Below are positions 11,223-25,849 of a stretch of DNA of 64,000 bases, piece after piece. The stretch is from Vermamoeba vermiformis (lineage: Eukaryota). The translations under genes and the position numbers were made by a program. Below the pieces are notes generated by a model that worked only from the letters and a program-made list of their open reading frames with translations, ran no database searches and was not told the origin of the DNA. The stretch is taken from contig JBEWZL010000300.1 of NCBI GenBank assembly GCA_045837725.1, positions 62,001 through 126,000 on the forward strand. Direction: 5' to 3'. The stretch's first letter is position 1, and each line of letters starts with the position of its first letter.

Positions 11223-14200
11223 TTAGCTCAACGGTGTTCTAATAAGTGATTTTAAGCATTCTTCGATCGATTTGAAGTAATCTGACGTCTTAGTTTGCTG
11301 TTCTTTCGTCAGATTCGATTTTCCTAAAAATTTTGCCAGATCTCGACTAACTCGGCCTATTTGCGTTTCAATCTCGGTGCCTAATTCATCTCGGACTTTT
11401 CTTCGGACCAATTCGCTGTACTTGGGCGTGATATAAACTCCGATATGCGCCATGACGATGTGGATCGTGTGTTCGATAATATACAACAGCATTGATATCT
11501 GGGCCTTATTATCATTGCTATCATTTGCCACCATTGATTTTCTCAGATTAACATTGCAAATATGCAAACAGCTGAGCAAGGTGCCCAAGGACGGTGTTTC
11601 ATGAAAATTTGTGTCGATCTGCGGCGTGAACAGCGGCTGAAAAGTCATCGAGGCATCGTCTTCGTCGATCATATCGAGATCGGATTGACCATATTTGGCA
11701 GGTGTCAAGCGACTAGCCAATGACAGCGAGTTGCGCAAGATGTGCCAGACCAGGGCCTCGATCTTGCCCACGAATGGCATGTCGCTGATTTTGATCTCAT
11801 TTGCAGCTGTTGAATCTGTCGTGGGCTTGCTAGGGCTCGGCGGAACAATAGGCGCTGGTTTGCCTTCAACATCTATCAAAACAAGTCCATATCAGTAAAC
11901 ATCCCAATCGAATTGAACTTGTTTAATTCCATAAAAGGAAATTTTCAGTGAAAATTGTGTAATATCAGTGTTATCAACAAGGTCCGTAGATAAGATTTGT
12001 TATAATTTTCAGTGAAAATTTCCTTTTTTGGAAGTCCAGTACTTACTACGTGTAGGTTTCTTATGAGCCTTGCGTTCAGCCCCCGAGACAGGAGTGGACC
12101 ATTTGATCAGTTGCGGGCTGTGCACTAACAACAGCGTGGCACTTTGAATGTTTTTCAAGGTCAAGTTCTGCAAACGAGTGGCGAGTCTGTCCATCGAGAA
12201 CTGCCAGCGCGTTTGATATCGACCGAGTGCCCACATCAATGCCGTGACTCTTTCAGTCTCGTCCAAGCTAGCGATGCTCAAGCACGGGTGATCGGTGCTG
12301 GATCCGGTCTGACTCGGTGCGGAGGTCGAGCTGAGCGATGATTTCTTGGCCATAGCTTTCTCCTTCAGTTCTTGCGAGATGTCTGTTTTGCGCGTTTGCG
12401 AGAAGTCGAGCACTTTGACAATTCGATCTTGGTACATCCACACGAATTGGAACACCTAAAAATAGCAGCATTTACCGTTAGCAACGTAACTTCAATTGCG
12501 ACCACTATTATTATTGTCCAATATCTAAAGAACGGATAACCCGATGTTTTTCTGTGTTAAAATTCGTTGTGTAGATTTTTTGAATGACGGGTGTCACTTT
12601 GCATTTTTTCACGTGTCATGGGCAAAGATATTTTTTGTTATTTGTACGTACTTGATCGACAAATTTTTCAGCAACACCAAGTGACTGCAACAGCGTCGTG
12701 ACGAGACTCAACGTGTAGCACCATACTTTGTGCCAGCCGTTGCGCTCGCCTTGTTCGGAGTACGGGAACATTTTTTGGCTAGAAAATGTTAGCAAAGAAA
12801 CAAACACGTTCCAAAAAAGGATATCTGTTTCATGATCGGCACTTACGTGGCAAAAATAGCAAAAGATTCGTTGCAGACAGCCATCATGATTTGTTGCACG
12901 GCCAGTACTTCACTCATTGTTTGCGTTTGTGCGAGAGTTAAAAATAGAACTAAAATCGCTTGGGCAAGATCCGAGTCCTAAACAATTCGTTAGAAAACAA
13001 GTTTGCCAAAAAAGGAAGGAAATTTTTGCATTTTTCACGGTACCTTTTGCGCGTTGAGAACGAACGAGAGGTCATTGACTAATCGGGAAATTGTTCCGTG
13101 GACAGTCAGTTGTGACAGCAAGACTTGCGAATCCAAATAATTTCTGCAAATAACCTCGAGAATGGCCAAACTGGTTATTTTCAAGGTCGAAAATTCCAAG
13201 CAGGCGAGAACATTCGGCAAAATCAGCATTGTCTTTTGCGCCAAATCTTCGGACCATTTGCCTTCAGTCTTCAGCAGCGTCAAAATGGTGCTTAATAATG
13301 TTTGGACCTGCATAACATTAAACCTCATTAGCACATTTCCTTTTTAAGAAAACTACTCAGAAATACCGTTCATGAAAATTAATTAAATTTCATACGACCT
13401 AGATTCCTTTTAAGGAAATTTTAAGACGTTGTATGACGTGAAATTTCACGCGAACTGATCACGTGATTACTCACCAATCGTGGATCGTTGTGCAAATTGT
13501 CCATGGCACTCTGCAAGCAGACAGCGAGTGAACTCAGTGCAGCAACAATGCGCGGTCCACCAGCCATTTCTCGACCACCATTTCTAGCCACAACAGCGAG
13601 GGCTAAAGCCACGGAGAATGAAGTCGGTGAAGTAGCGGCGAGTCTGCGGGCCAGTGCTTCGGTCTCGGTGGGCGTGGCTTTGGCTAACTCTGATTGACGA
13701 ACTACCAGGACCTGTTGGACAATAAGGTCAAAACTAAGAATACATCTAAAGACAAGCAAGAAAAATTATGTGTTAATTTCAGGTAAATTTGATGTGAATT
13801 TGCAAATTTTGTTCTAAGAACAGATCCGCTAAAATTGAGGAATGTTAAAATATGATTGAATGAAATAAAAATGAACTATAGGTCAGTTAATGTGGGGTAT
13901 TATGAGACGTACCTGTACGAAAGAGCTCCAATTGGTCAAGACCTGAGCCTGTGCGTCAATCAGTGACAAGTGCTCGTTGACTTGTTGTGCCATGCGAATG
14001 ACACTTTGACACTTTTCTTCGAGCTGCAAACCTGTTTGATTTGCAAACATGGATACCGGCTCGGCGATAAGTTCATTTGCAGATAAAATTGTTCCGCTCA
14101 AGCCAAACTTCTTCTTCAACAGCGCTGCATCGTAATAATAATTCTTGCCGTAGAATTTTTCCGTCTCTAACACCACGCAGGCCTCGGCGTCAATATTCAT

Positions 14201-17200
14201 CTTGTGACACTCCGCAACGAATTTTTTCTTCAGTTCGGGGTCGTAGTTTGTGCGGGTATATGTTCTAATAATAGAAAAATTAGAAAAATCCACTGAAAAT
14301 GATTCATGAAGCATTGTATCGATAAGTCGACATGTCTTGCTGACGGTCTGGGAAGTCTCCCAGGCAATCAAAGATAAAATTTCTGCAAAGACTTACTCGA
14401 TCCAATTGAGCACAGTGCGTTCTTCGCGGTACTTTTTGATAGCTGATTGAAGTGTCGCATCGAGCGGACCGTTCTTAGGCACGTAAAATATTTCCAACGA
14501 CAAAATCTTCAAGATCCAGCAGTGACTCAACAATCTGTAACATTCAGCTGAATGTTCGGTCTCTTCTTGGTCCACACTAGCGTTCGTGTTGTTCAACGGA
14601 TCTGCGTACGGATCTTTTTCGAGAGGTTTCAGAAGCATTGCCCAGAAGTTGTCTTTCTTTCTTAAAAAGGAAATAATGTTTTGATGCTCCGGTGCGATCT
14701 TCCATAACGAGCACATGAAGTAAAGTGCCTCAGAGTAGAGTCTCGGGTGCCTGTTTGACACGTGTCACAAAAAATGTCAAAGGATTAACAACACTTACAG
14801 CTTGACAATGAGATCTTGCTCTTTCATGAACGATAAAATAATGTCAATGCAGCTCTTAGCAGTTGATTCGTCAGATCCATCGTGTTGTGCATCTTTTTGA
14901 TCAGAAGTTGTCGGAATATTAATGAATAATTCCGCAAGGCCGGGCTGCGTGTCCAATGAAGTCGTAATTAATCTCAAAATAGCCACTTTTAAGTCCAAAA
15001 TTTCTCTTCTGTCGCTCAGTTTCCATAAGAAAGTTGTTCGGAGTTGTTCCGATTGATCCCCAAAAAAGGCAATCAATGAAGGAGCACGACCAGAGCCACT
15101 GCCAACATTGCACAAAATCGTCAAAACTCTCGTTGCCAATAAAGGCAATTGCTAAACAAATCATTAGCTTTTTCTCGAGGAAAAAGAATTGGTTACTTAC
15201 AGAATTGTACGAGAAATTAATGTACGATGCAATAACATAGACCAAGTCGCTGTTATTTTTGCCAACTTTTCTTGAAAAGATTGAGTATTCCAACGATGAA
15301 ATTGCCTGAAATTAAATTAATAAAAATCGTTAAAAAAGTATTGCGGACACTTACGTCATTATCTTTAAGCAACAAAACGCTTTCAAGCACTGAAAAACTC
15401 AACAATACTAATTGTTCGAGAGTTTGGCCTTCTTTGATTCTTCGTCTATTGAGCATGTACTAAAAATAGAAAAAAATTGATTTAGCGTGAAAAATATTTG
15501 CAAAGACATGATCTGAATACGTACCTCGATTAAAAATGGCCCAGTAGCGATAATATTTAGCAAACTGTGATGGAAACTAGCGTCGTTCAATAGAGACTGT
15601 AACAACGAGTGTTTCAAGGTGTGACTCTTATTAACGTTGCCACGCGGGTACTCGTCCTTGAGAATAGCGTGGAATATCTTGAGCACTTTAGTGCCGAGTT
15701 CCCAACGGTCCAAAATTGATTTGTAATGCCATGACTCGTAATACGCGAACAAATTTCTCACGTAAGTCAAGTACGGGAAAAAGTCATTCGGCGACAACTA
15801 CAAAGATATTAATACCTCTATAATATTATATAATATTATAATGCACTCACGACTGCATCTTTGTTCCATCGCTGGAAGTAAGTCAAGAGGCTGGCCAACA
15901 GATCCAAAAATGATAATGTCACGGGGTAATCGCCCTTCACACTCTCAACTGAGTCCAATAACTGTCGAATAGCACCAGTATACGAGTCACTGCGCTTAGA
16001 AAAGTCGAGAATGCCCGTGCTCTTAATGTATTGCCAAACCGATGCGGGATCCTGGATCGCGTAACCTTTCAAGCAGCTCACACAAGCGCTATGTACTTGT
16101 TAATACCATGCTATAATAGTAGCAGCCTAGACCTACCCTAAGAGCTCTAAGGATGGATTGGCAGCTTGAGAGTAATGTCTCAAAATGATGAACAATCTCG
16201 CGATGATGTTCGATTTGTCGATGCCAGCGTCTTGCAAGTACGTAATTCCTTTAGGCAACACATAATAATCTGTTAAGTGCTCGTGTAGTGATGTCGAAAT
16301 AGCCTATAGTAGGGATTAGTATGAAATTCTTAAAGTCAAAAATGAAGTGCAGATCCAATGGTACGAAAAACTTACGGAATCTTTTGAGATTAAACTCGCC
16401 AATAATTCGAGCGTTAATTGCAAGTGACTTGTGTTTGAATCAGTCAATCTTCCGCCCGACAGAATGCGTTGAATAAATCCATCGATGGCCGAGAAAAACA
16501 CGGTCCACGCTGAATAACGCACGCGCCACTCGATAATAGTCGATGACTTTTGATCTTGTTCCACTGCAAATAATCTGCCAACGGCACCTGCAGGAAGTTC
16601 TATATTGTCTATTAAGAGCGGGTGTCGAACTCTGACCGCTGGCACGTCGGTCATAGTCAACTCTTCGATCGCATCTGATCCACTTTGGTCTGCCCAAGCT
16701 TGTCGATAATATGACAAATCCGACAAGAAATTAAATCTACATATAAAAGTTAATTAATTGAGTAAAGTCGACCGCCTAAACCGTTGTAAAAGTTTCAGAT
16801 GTACTTACACAATGGCGGCACAATGAGCGTCACCAGCAAGAGGAGTCAATATTCTCATCAATGGTGAAAATTCATACGGGAAACAACGATGCGCTGAGTC
16901 TAACAACGATCGCAAAGCTTCACGCGGATAATCTTGTTCCCAGAATTGACGTGCCAACATGGCTTGACCCTAGCAACAAATATCATTAGGATTGTAATAA
17001 TAAGCATTACTATTATCGATATTACTTGGAAAACAATGCGATGGAAGTCAATGAATCTCGGTTGATGTTGATGATCGATCGGGAAGGCAGTCAAAATAAT
17101 GTTCAAAAGCCCTTTCAGCACGCTCTTGTAGCCCGTCAAATTGACCTAAAAATTAATACAATTATAAGTACATAATACATATTAACTATAAATATTTGGC

Positions 17201-18914
17201 TTGTTACGTACATCGTCTACGGTGAAGCCTTGATCCAACACGACAATTAAGTAGTTAATTGAATCAAGCTCAAGTGCCTTTTGAATGAATGGCTTGTACG
17301 CAAAGTCCTATAATACCGTTAATATTACCATATAAATAACCAAATAACTGCGTCTTACTTCAGATCCGGTGATCTGGTTGATTCTGCACAACAACGAGCC
17401 CCAAGCAAAGAGAATAGGACCGTGTTCGACTATAGTACCCCATTCTGCCGTTGAAAAGCCTTCGTTAAGCGCTAATATTCCGTTATCTTTTCGTCTCAGC
17501 AGTTCCGTGGCGCTAAATTTTTAACTCGGTTAACTTGCCTAAAAAGGAAACTGTTTTTTCACTGAAACTTACGCCTCATCGAGCTCGTTGTCCAAGAAGC
17601 TTTCAAGGTTCAATATCTCGATCACAATTAATATACAAATGTAGCCCATCTTCTTTACAATGGCTCTACCAAACTCATTCAACATGCTATAGTGAGGGTG
17701 TTTCGTGCAAAATCCCTGCGTCTGTAATACAAATAATAAGATACCGTTAGGCAAGACAATAGTACTCGGCAAGCATAATTAATTGATAGTAGATATTGCC
17801 AATAGATTGCTTTAGTAAGGTACCTTGAACATCTGAATAAGTGACACGCGCTTGGCTGGCGAACAAATGACGCGCACGTAGTAAATCAAAAATATGACTT
17901 CTAACAGCGCTGACTGCTCGTTGACTAATTGAATGGCCCATTTTTCAGCTTGTTGACGTTGCTAATAATAAAATATTATGAAAAATGAATGCAAAAAAAG
18001 AAAAATCGATTAAAATTCTTACGAGAGACTTAGGCTGTTGCACTTCCCAACTCTTCTTATACGAGTTTATAATCTGTTCTTCGATCTTATTTACATTTGC
18101 ATCGACGAATTCAGATACGGCCGTAAAATAAGCATAGCCCTCGTCCAAACCTGAAACAAAAAAAATCAATAATTTTTCCAGGGAGGAAATTATTTTTGCT
18201 TACCATTGCGCAATAATGATGAAATAATTGTTAATAAGCATATTCTTTCGTCGTAATAATGTTCTGTAATCTAGATAACGAGATCCGGGTTAGAATGACA
18301 GATCCAAGTAACGTCAAGTTCTAGCTGCTAGTATTAATTATTTTAATGGTATTTACCTCTTCTAATGTCGTGTCATTATATTGAAATTTTTGGCCCTTAA
18401 CTTCTACACGAAGAAAATTTTGTAACACGCCAAAGCTCTGGTACTCGTCGAGGTTCTATTAAAATAATTAGTAAAAATGGCTGTTATATTATTTTATGAT
18501 TTTCTTACCAATCTAGCACTGATTTGGTTGACAAATGTTTTTTGTTGCGCATCCACTTCATAAGTTCGACCTCGCCATTCTACTTTGCCGCCCTGAATTT
18601 TGTCTTTTGATTCTTTAGATGGTGTTTTATAATAATCCAATCCTTTTAATATTTTATCTTCATTTCGCTTCAATAGCTGGGCCTAAACACGAGTGAAAAA
18701 TAAATATTAGTTACAAGTCAACAAATAAATCTAAAAATGCTACGAAGATGTTATATATAATATATAATATTAACTATGATGATATAAATATTTTCATATT
18801 TATTTGGTGATGACTTACGATATTTTCATTTGTGATCGCTGGATCAGCTGACTCCAAAGTCTCTAGTAGCCTTCTGTTAGTAACATCCAGTCGCCTCAGC
18901 ACTTGGTCGGCCAT
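11223..18914 (-). CDS. NUP188: Nucleoporin Nup188 (large alpha-solenoid, many exons)
   Basis: Size ~7.7 kb. Motifs ..LDYYKTPS..LDEYQS..YYDERICLL.., ESVKGDYPVTLSFLDLL, YESWHY..RWELGTKVLKIFH, TQPGLAELF match Nup188 family features. Confidence 0.8.
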
Positions 18915-18974
18915 TATATAGGATTATGCAACAATATAAGTTGAGCAACTGTTGCTTTTCGCTTGAACTTTTTG

Positions 18975-18983
18975 GGCGCCAAA
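18975..18983. promoter_or_regulatory. E2F-like site (TTTGGCGCC on minus strand) upstream of NUP188
   Basis: GGCGCCAAA ~60 bp upstream of the NUP188 ATG. The same 9-mer lies at 44693-44701, upstream of another ATG. Confidence 0.3.
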
Positions 18984-19824
18984 TAAATTTTTGGTTTTAT
19001 CCCATTTTATCAAGCTGAAAGACCACAAGAACGAGGATGTAGAGTCTTTATATTGGCGGCACACATAATAGAAGGTAAGAAACAAAATACCAACAATCTA
19101 ATCTGATCCCTCTTAATTTGTTTCTTTTACCGTGCTTGAATTGCACGTGCACAATCAAAAAAATTCAACCGATATTTTATTATATAAGTCATCATTTTTG
19201 TGAGGATAATTAAGATATTTTCTCGTGCATCAACCTTTTTCATGCCGATCAAAGACGGAATAACTGCTGCCGAACCCACAACCAATAAATTAATTTATAT
19301 CACTTCAATTAACATGACAAGTGAATTTTTCGGCTGCTAATGTGCGCGTAAATTACGAAATACAACTTTGACGGTTCGGACAATTTTTTTATCGAGCCGC
19401 GGCAATTATTCTTCCTGTTCTAATTAAACATGACTCTATATGAATATTTGCCTATATAATCAAAGAATACGAAAAGTAATTTGCAGCCGCAAATAGTGTG
19501 AATAGGGACCAATATTTGTCGCACAACACAAAATCAAATCTTTTGCGTACAAAAAGAATTAGCCGAGCATTTGCAGCTCGAATTAACGAAGTGATATAGC
19601 TATAATATGAAGTATATTTATGGCAATAAACGGCTTAATTGCGGAATCACATTAACGACCGCAGATCTCGAAAATATTTGATAGTTCCTAGTTTCTCCGC
19701 CGACGCCATTCGTCATCAAAATTAAATTTGATTCAATTTTGTTTATTACCATTGATTTATACTATTGGCCACCACAAGGCCGCGTTAGAAGGGTCATTTC
19801 TTTACCAGATCTTGCTACCCCAAC

Positions 19825-22055
19825 ATGTCGCGCCAGAATCAACCGTTTGTTTATTGCCTTATTCTTATGGCAATTTTAGGAATGGTATTAATGCTTTTAA
19901 CGTTATCATATTAAATTACTATTAGCGTCATCACTTGTATTTTATTGTACTCAAACAGATCAAGTTACTAATTTGACTATTAAATCAGACCAATGCCACT
20001 CTAGTGACGGTCATTAGAAACGAAACGACTATATATCAAACGGCTAGAACTGGATTCTGCAAACAAGATTTCGTTAACGTTACTGGACCAGTTCTGGTTG
20101 CGTATCCAACAACGGCGTGCTCCGATCTGACTAATGGCGATGCATTATATGGAGCTATTGTTATTGTAGATACCGGCAATTGCAGTCCTCAAGATAAGAT
20201 TAGAGTGGTCCAGAAATATGGCGCTGTTGTAAGTCTTGAGCGATCAACTTTTTAGTAGAAAGATCTACTGCTTGCCAAGCACGAAAAAATCGCAAATTAT
20301 CGTAATAATATGATATAATAGCACGTATATTAACGTTATATGCATAGGCCGTCATCTACCGTGATACCAATCCCGAGATCGGACGAGATTTTGCAACTTC
20401 TGATGGCAAACCGTTTGATGACTTGCTTATTCCCTGCGCATTCATTTCTATTTATGTACGTACCATATAATATTGGTTTGTTATTATTGGTCGCAAGAAT
20501 CCAATGTCAAAGCTTCGAAAAGTTCGGTGGATCGCGGGATGCAGATCTAATGTAGCCCAAACAAAGCGAATGGTTATTAGAAGTTATTATAATATGCTCC
20601 TGTTGCGATTTAAAATGCCGTCCAAAACGAAACACCAAATCACAAATATAAATATCAGAAATAACTCAAAAGTCTGACGATCTGATCTAATAATTGTTTT
20701 TTTAAATAGGACGGCTATACTATCGAAGGAATCGTAGCGAAGAATGTCAGCATAGACGGTTCATTATCATCTCGTACGTTTTTGCAGCGGAATTACTCTT
20801 TCCTTTTATAGACCGATTAATTTTTGCGATCTAAATTAATTTTCTTAAACTTTTAGAGATTAGTATTTGGGAAGAAGTAATGTTATCTCCGGCCACACTA
20901 GGCATATGGATCGTTATTCATATTCTTCATCTCGGGGTTATAATCTTGGGCGTTGTTCTGCTAATTCAGAATATCCGAGCTAAGCGTCACAAGAAGAAGA
21001 AAATATTGCCTACTGTTATTATTCCGCTCATTATTGCGAGTTGTATTGGTAAGCGTCAACTTCAAGCTTCTCACGTACCGGATTTAGATCGGATTTAATT
21101 CTTCCTTTCTTTTAGCCCGCATCTTCAGTCATTTAATGGGATCCTATGCGCAAGCTTACACTATTACGACACCCGAGCGCGTATTAAACCCGCACTGGAC
21201 CATTCCTTCGCTATTGTACGCGATCGCAGAAAGTTTATTGCAAGTCGGCTATTGTGTTCTTGCATTCAGTTGGTATAGCGCAATTTCGTCTAAGAAGAGA
21301 ATCGTCCCCGATGCTATTAAGAAAATGAGACGACCAGTAATGATCGTGTCTATCGTAAGTCACATCTCTCGAGATTCGATTCTAGATCTTTGTTCTAACG
21401 AATAACTGCTTTCCGTAGGTTATTGGTACCGTTCAAATTATTGGATTTTTAGTTGCTACACTCTTATGGGTCTCAGTCATCACGCTAATTTTTGGAGTTG
21501 TAATTATGGCATTTTGGCTGGTACGTGCAGTCTTAGATCAGCTTAGAAATCCATACGCTAAATCTAAATATACTATAGGCGCTGACTATTACGTATATTA
21601 TTGCTGCCGTTAAGTTGTATAAAGCTCTTGATCTTAAAAACGCGTACCAATCACCCGAACAAAAACGCAAGATCCACATGGTAAGTCCGTTAGATCCAAT
21701 TCAAATTTACAATATCACTAATAATATTATACTACAGTTTATTAAGAAGGTAGTGGCACTTACTATCGCCTTCTTTTTGAATTTTGTGGCTGGTTTACTT
21801 CAAGTTACTGTTGGTGGCAATGCGCTGGCCTATCTCGACATTGTTTATCCGTTCTTCTTATCTGGAGCTATATTAGCCTCTATGGTCATCACTATGCTTG
21901 CATTCTTCCGCGTAGATTATTCCGTCAATACTTCCTCGCATAGCAGCAACTCGAGCAAACCGTCGGCTAAATCGAGATCGAACACTACAACGACTGCTTT
22001 AGTGCCTGTTAATGTTGACGGCGATCCTTCGACGAAGATAGAAAACCAATTATAG
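19825..22055 (+). CDS. Signal peptide + PA (protease-associated) domain + ~7-TM receptor-like protein
   Basis: PA motif ACSDLTNGDALYGAIVIVDTGNCSPQDKIRVVQKYGAVAVI..IPCAFI, followed by about seven hydrophobic segments and a Ser/Thr-rich tail. Confidence 0.75.
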
Positions 22056-22273
22056 AATTGTAACGACTTATTTTGTATTATTACTGAAATTTATTTTATT
22101 CAATTTGAGATCTAATGGCGACCGTTATTTACAAAGATGCTATGCCTTAATAATCGCGCGTTTAAATCGTTAGTCAATCCACTTTTCCCACGAGGTAGCT
22201 TAGTTATTCCGCGACATTTTATTTGAAAGTATCATTTTCGTCAGCCGCTTGAAAGTTGAACAACAGTTGTAAT

Positions 22274-24354
22274 ATGGAGCACGAAGGCATTATTTTAGTT
22301 ACCGAGCTACAAGATGAAATATTAGGGTTAGCTGGCTATTGCGACGCTGTCAGGTAAATTGCTGAATCCGTTCCTTCAACGATGACAATAAATTCTCGAA
22401 TTCTTAACGTTATTAATAACTGTACATTGTATCTATACGATACTATAATATCTAAACTATTTGCAAAGCAAAATTCTATTTTAATTTTCAAATAAATACT
22501 AATAATGTCGTACAGGTGGAAAACGGTTTCCAAGCACTGGAATAAAGTGATAATTCACCATTTAAATACTGCAAAAATAAAGGTAAATAGTCATCGTTAG
22601 ATTTACGAAATTTAATTGAGTATTTTTCAGATGCTGCCGAAAGATCGACTGCAGGTAGCTTTAGCGAAGTTAAAACTTAGAGATATTACGCCAACTACAG
22701 ATCAAATTAAAATATTGCAAGAAAGTAAGCTTAATTCAATCCTTATCTGAAAAGTTTACTTTTTTTGACAACCTTTCAGTTTACGATCTGGATGGGGTTA
22801 GAACGTTCCTTTCGCACGCCACTGAAAACTTTGCGGATATGTTTGCTATTGGTCGCTCGGTTATGTTTATTTGGTTTTATGCTCACGATGAATACGTGCT
22901 GTTTAAACAAATAGTCTCGGATTTGAAGCAGATGCGTAAGTTCTTCCAATCAATATTAACCTTAATTACTACACAAAAATATTATTCAATAATTAATAAT
23001 ATTTTTACTAAACTAATGGCTTGTTGGTCCAAAAAAAGTCTAATCTTAGAATATTAAATTGATTTGGATCTGTTTTTAATGCACGACTATTTCCTTACTT
23101 GTATATTATCTGATTTATTACCATATTAGGACATAATCGATTCGATTGGTTTATCATGTACTGTGCTGAGCTGCATTTTATTCTACCGTATCTTACACTG
23201 TGTGCTGCGCCTGAGTTAGATCTGCTCGGCGTTGAAATTGCAAAAGTCGTGGACCAATTTTTAACCGATATTAATGCTAATAATATCGATGGCACACCTA
23301 CCTATCAACAAGCAATGCAACACGAAGAAAAGTATATCGAACTGTTGGAAAGAATGTTTGCAATGATTAAAGCCACCGCTGATAACAAAATTTCACCGTA
23401 AGTTTTCCGAAATAATGATAAATCATCGCGAAGATGAAATTTCCTAATTTGGTAATATTTGCAGAGACATGCTCACAGCGTTACAAGTGCTGAAAAGTGA
23501 TCTACAGCCGATTGCAAACAACAGTGATCGCAGACCGGAGAATTTTTTCGTACCGATCTGTTATTTCTTGAACAAAGCGTTTGTTAATGTCCGTAAGTAT
23601 CCCTTCTCTTACCATATTAGGAAAACACACATGAACATTAGTTGATATATCGCAAGAAAATTTTTTTTCCTTCAATTGAAATAGATAGTCAAACACGTAA
23701 ATATGACGATCCCACGATTTTTATTCCAAATATAGTAAACCACGTGATTATTATTATTCCGCTAGCATGCGGCTCTTAGAATGTTTTTTTTCATTCAATT
23801 TCAGAGTTCTCAGAACAACTTCGATTTATAGTTCCAATGCTAATTTAATGTATTTTTCTCAGCGAACGGAGCCGCTAAACAATTTTTGCGCGGAAATTTG
23901 TCGTTGCTTGCGAGTCAGATAGTGCGCAAGCAGATCTTAGATGACATTGACCACAGAATCATAGAAAGGTTTCATTCACGTGTTATCGATATATTTGATG
24001 GTTGTTTGGTAAGTACGCTGCGTGGCTAAAGTAATCCCAGCAATAGCTATTCGAATCCAATCATTTCCAAAAATAGAAATTTTTCGTACTGGATCAGATC
24101 TCATTTCTTTTGTAGTAAATATTAGTATAACTATGCAAGAATATTCTATTGAGGTTTAATATTAATGTATTTAATAGAAAGGAACGCCTCCAGTCACGTA
24201 CAGGATTAAAGATCCGATCATGCCAGTAACCCCGGCTATATTCATAAACTGCATCGAAGAGTTGATTAAAGCTCGTAACCTCGCAATTCGTAATATACAG
24301 GCAGATGTTGAAGCATTGCTGAATAATGATTTGTATAATCTACCTCCCCAATAA
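22274..24354 (+). CDS. F-box-like protein with uncharacterised helical C-terminus
   Basis: Spliced N-terminus MEHEGIILVTELQDEILGLAGYCDAVRWKTVSKHWNKVI fits an F-box pattern. Downstream GT-AG-bounded exons end ..NNDLYNLPPQ*. Confidence 0.6.
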
Positions 24355-24482
24355 AATTACGTGGATTTGGATCAACTCCGAACATGATTTTGACCTGATC
24401 TATGCCAGTGCATTATACTTTTAAGCGCATTTTATATACATTTGGGTATTTACAAGGTCAATTAAACTCATTAGTGGCCAGT

Positions 24483-25693
24483 TCAATTATTTTCCTCTGG
24501 ATCCGGCCTCAACAACGCTTCATGGACTTTTTCCATCTTATTCCACTCTTTCTTAGTCATATGATAACAACAAGCATGATCGTGCTTGATAGTCTCTTCT
24601 TTAGCAGCTCCTGATGAAAAATAAGGAGATCCCGAGACAAAGTAGCCGCCTACATCCGTAGCTTTTTAAAATTGAATTAGAGATTTGAATTTTTCCTAAT
24701 TTGGTAAATGACATACCAACTCGTGAAGTCATATAGTCTTCAAACGGCGATAATTTGTTGCAATATTTGTGGTAATTAGAGACGAAATTATAAGCGACCA
24801 TTCTTCGCGCCAATTCGTTTGAATAAGCATAACAAGGGCCTATATCCGTATTAATATTATCATATAACATTAAATTTAATGAAATTATTTACCTCCAGCT
24901 GGATACGCGAAATTGTCTTTGGCCGTATAATTAAATTCGCCGCCAATATGATGTCGCGGACTTCCGGCCGTACAATTGTGTCTCGTACGCGGCACAGTGC
25001 ACATATTATGCAAGACGACGTAATAGGGCACTATTAAATTTAAAATCATTGGTCGTCGTTGCAAGATCCAATTCGCCATTACGTAAAATAACGCATTTAT
25101 TAATTTGAAAATATTTCAAAATTACGCGCAAAAAATAAATATGCGTAATCATGATTTGCAATAAATAAATCGGAAAATGTCAAAAAAATAACGGAAAATT
25201 ACTTACATCCGGTCAGAATAGGTTCGGAGTGGTTTAAAGTTGATAAAAATTCTACGACTCTATCAGGCACTACATATGAATCATCATCGCATTTCATAAA
25301 CCACCTCTTCGTTGGGAAAATTTCATACATCTTGTGAACTAGATCAGCAGTTTTGCAACAAACTGAATTATAGTCCGTCGGGCACGTAGAATATACGGCA
25401 TTAATATTGGTGCTATTATTTTGATCGGTAATGAATCGAAAATTCGGTTTTTTTGGGCACATCTCCTTCAGCCAAGTCTTTTCTTGCATATCCGTGCGGT
25501 CTTTATATCGTCCAGTAGTAGTAATGCCAATAGCTACATGGCATATATTAAGAGGACCAATATTATCCGCCTCTATAGCAGGATCCCAAAGCTGATCGAA
25601 TGGCGGCAACGGGGCAAATCCCCACATAAGGTTCATCACCAGCGTGACGACAATTAGCAAAAATATATAATGCTTGTATGAGTGTCGTCGCAT
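24483..25693 (-). CDS. GT31 family (Fringe/core-1 beta-1,3-galactosyltransferase-like) glycosyltransferase; probable 1-nt indel near 24617-24621
   Basis: Type II TM N-terminus, KTW, WFMKCDDDSYV (DxD), YPAGGPCYAYS, EDYM. The C-terminal FHQ..CCYH segment lies in a shifted frame. Confidence 0.8.
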
Positions 25694-25849
25694 GATTCAG
25701 AAATAAAAAAGAACCAGCCGTGACGGAAAAAATTAAACTGTTTTGTGTAACGGTTGAGATCCCGCTTAATAAAATTGATATTCTGGCACAAAAGGAAATC
25801 GGTACACTGTCGTACGATATATTTAAATCGAAGAAATTTACTAAAGGTA

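Noticed and set aside
3716-24633. Idea that both frameshifts are caused by the shared GGAGATCC word
   Set aside because: The same word at ~7119 in GST has no frameshift, and the GT31 shift is better explained by an adjacent homopolymer.
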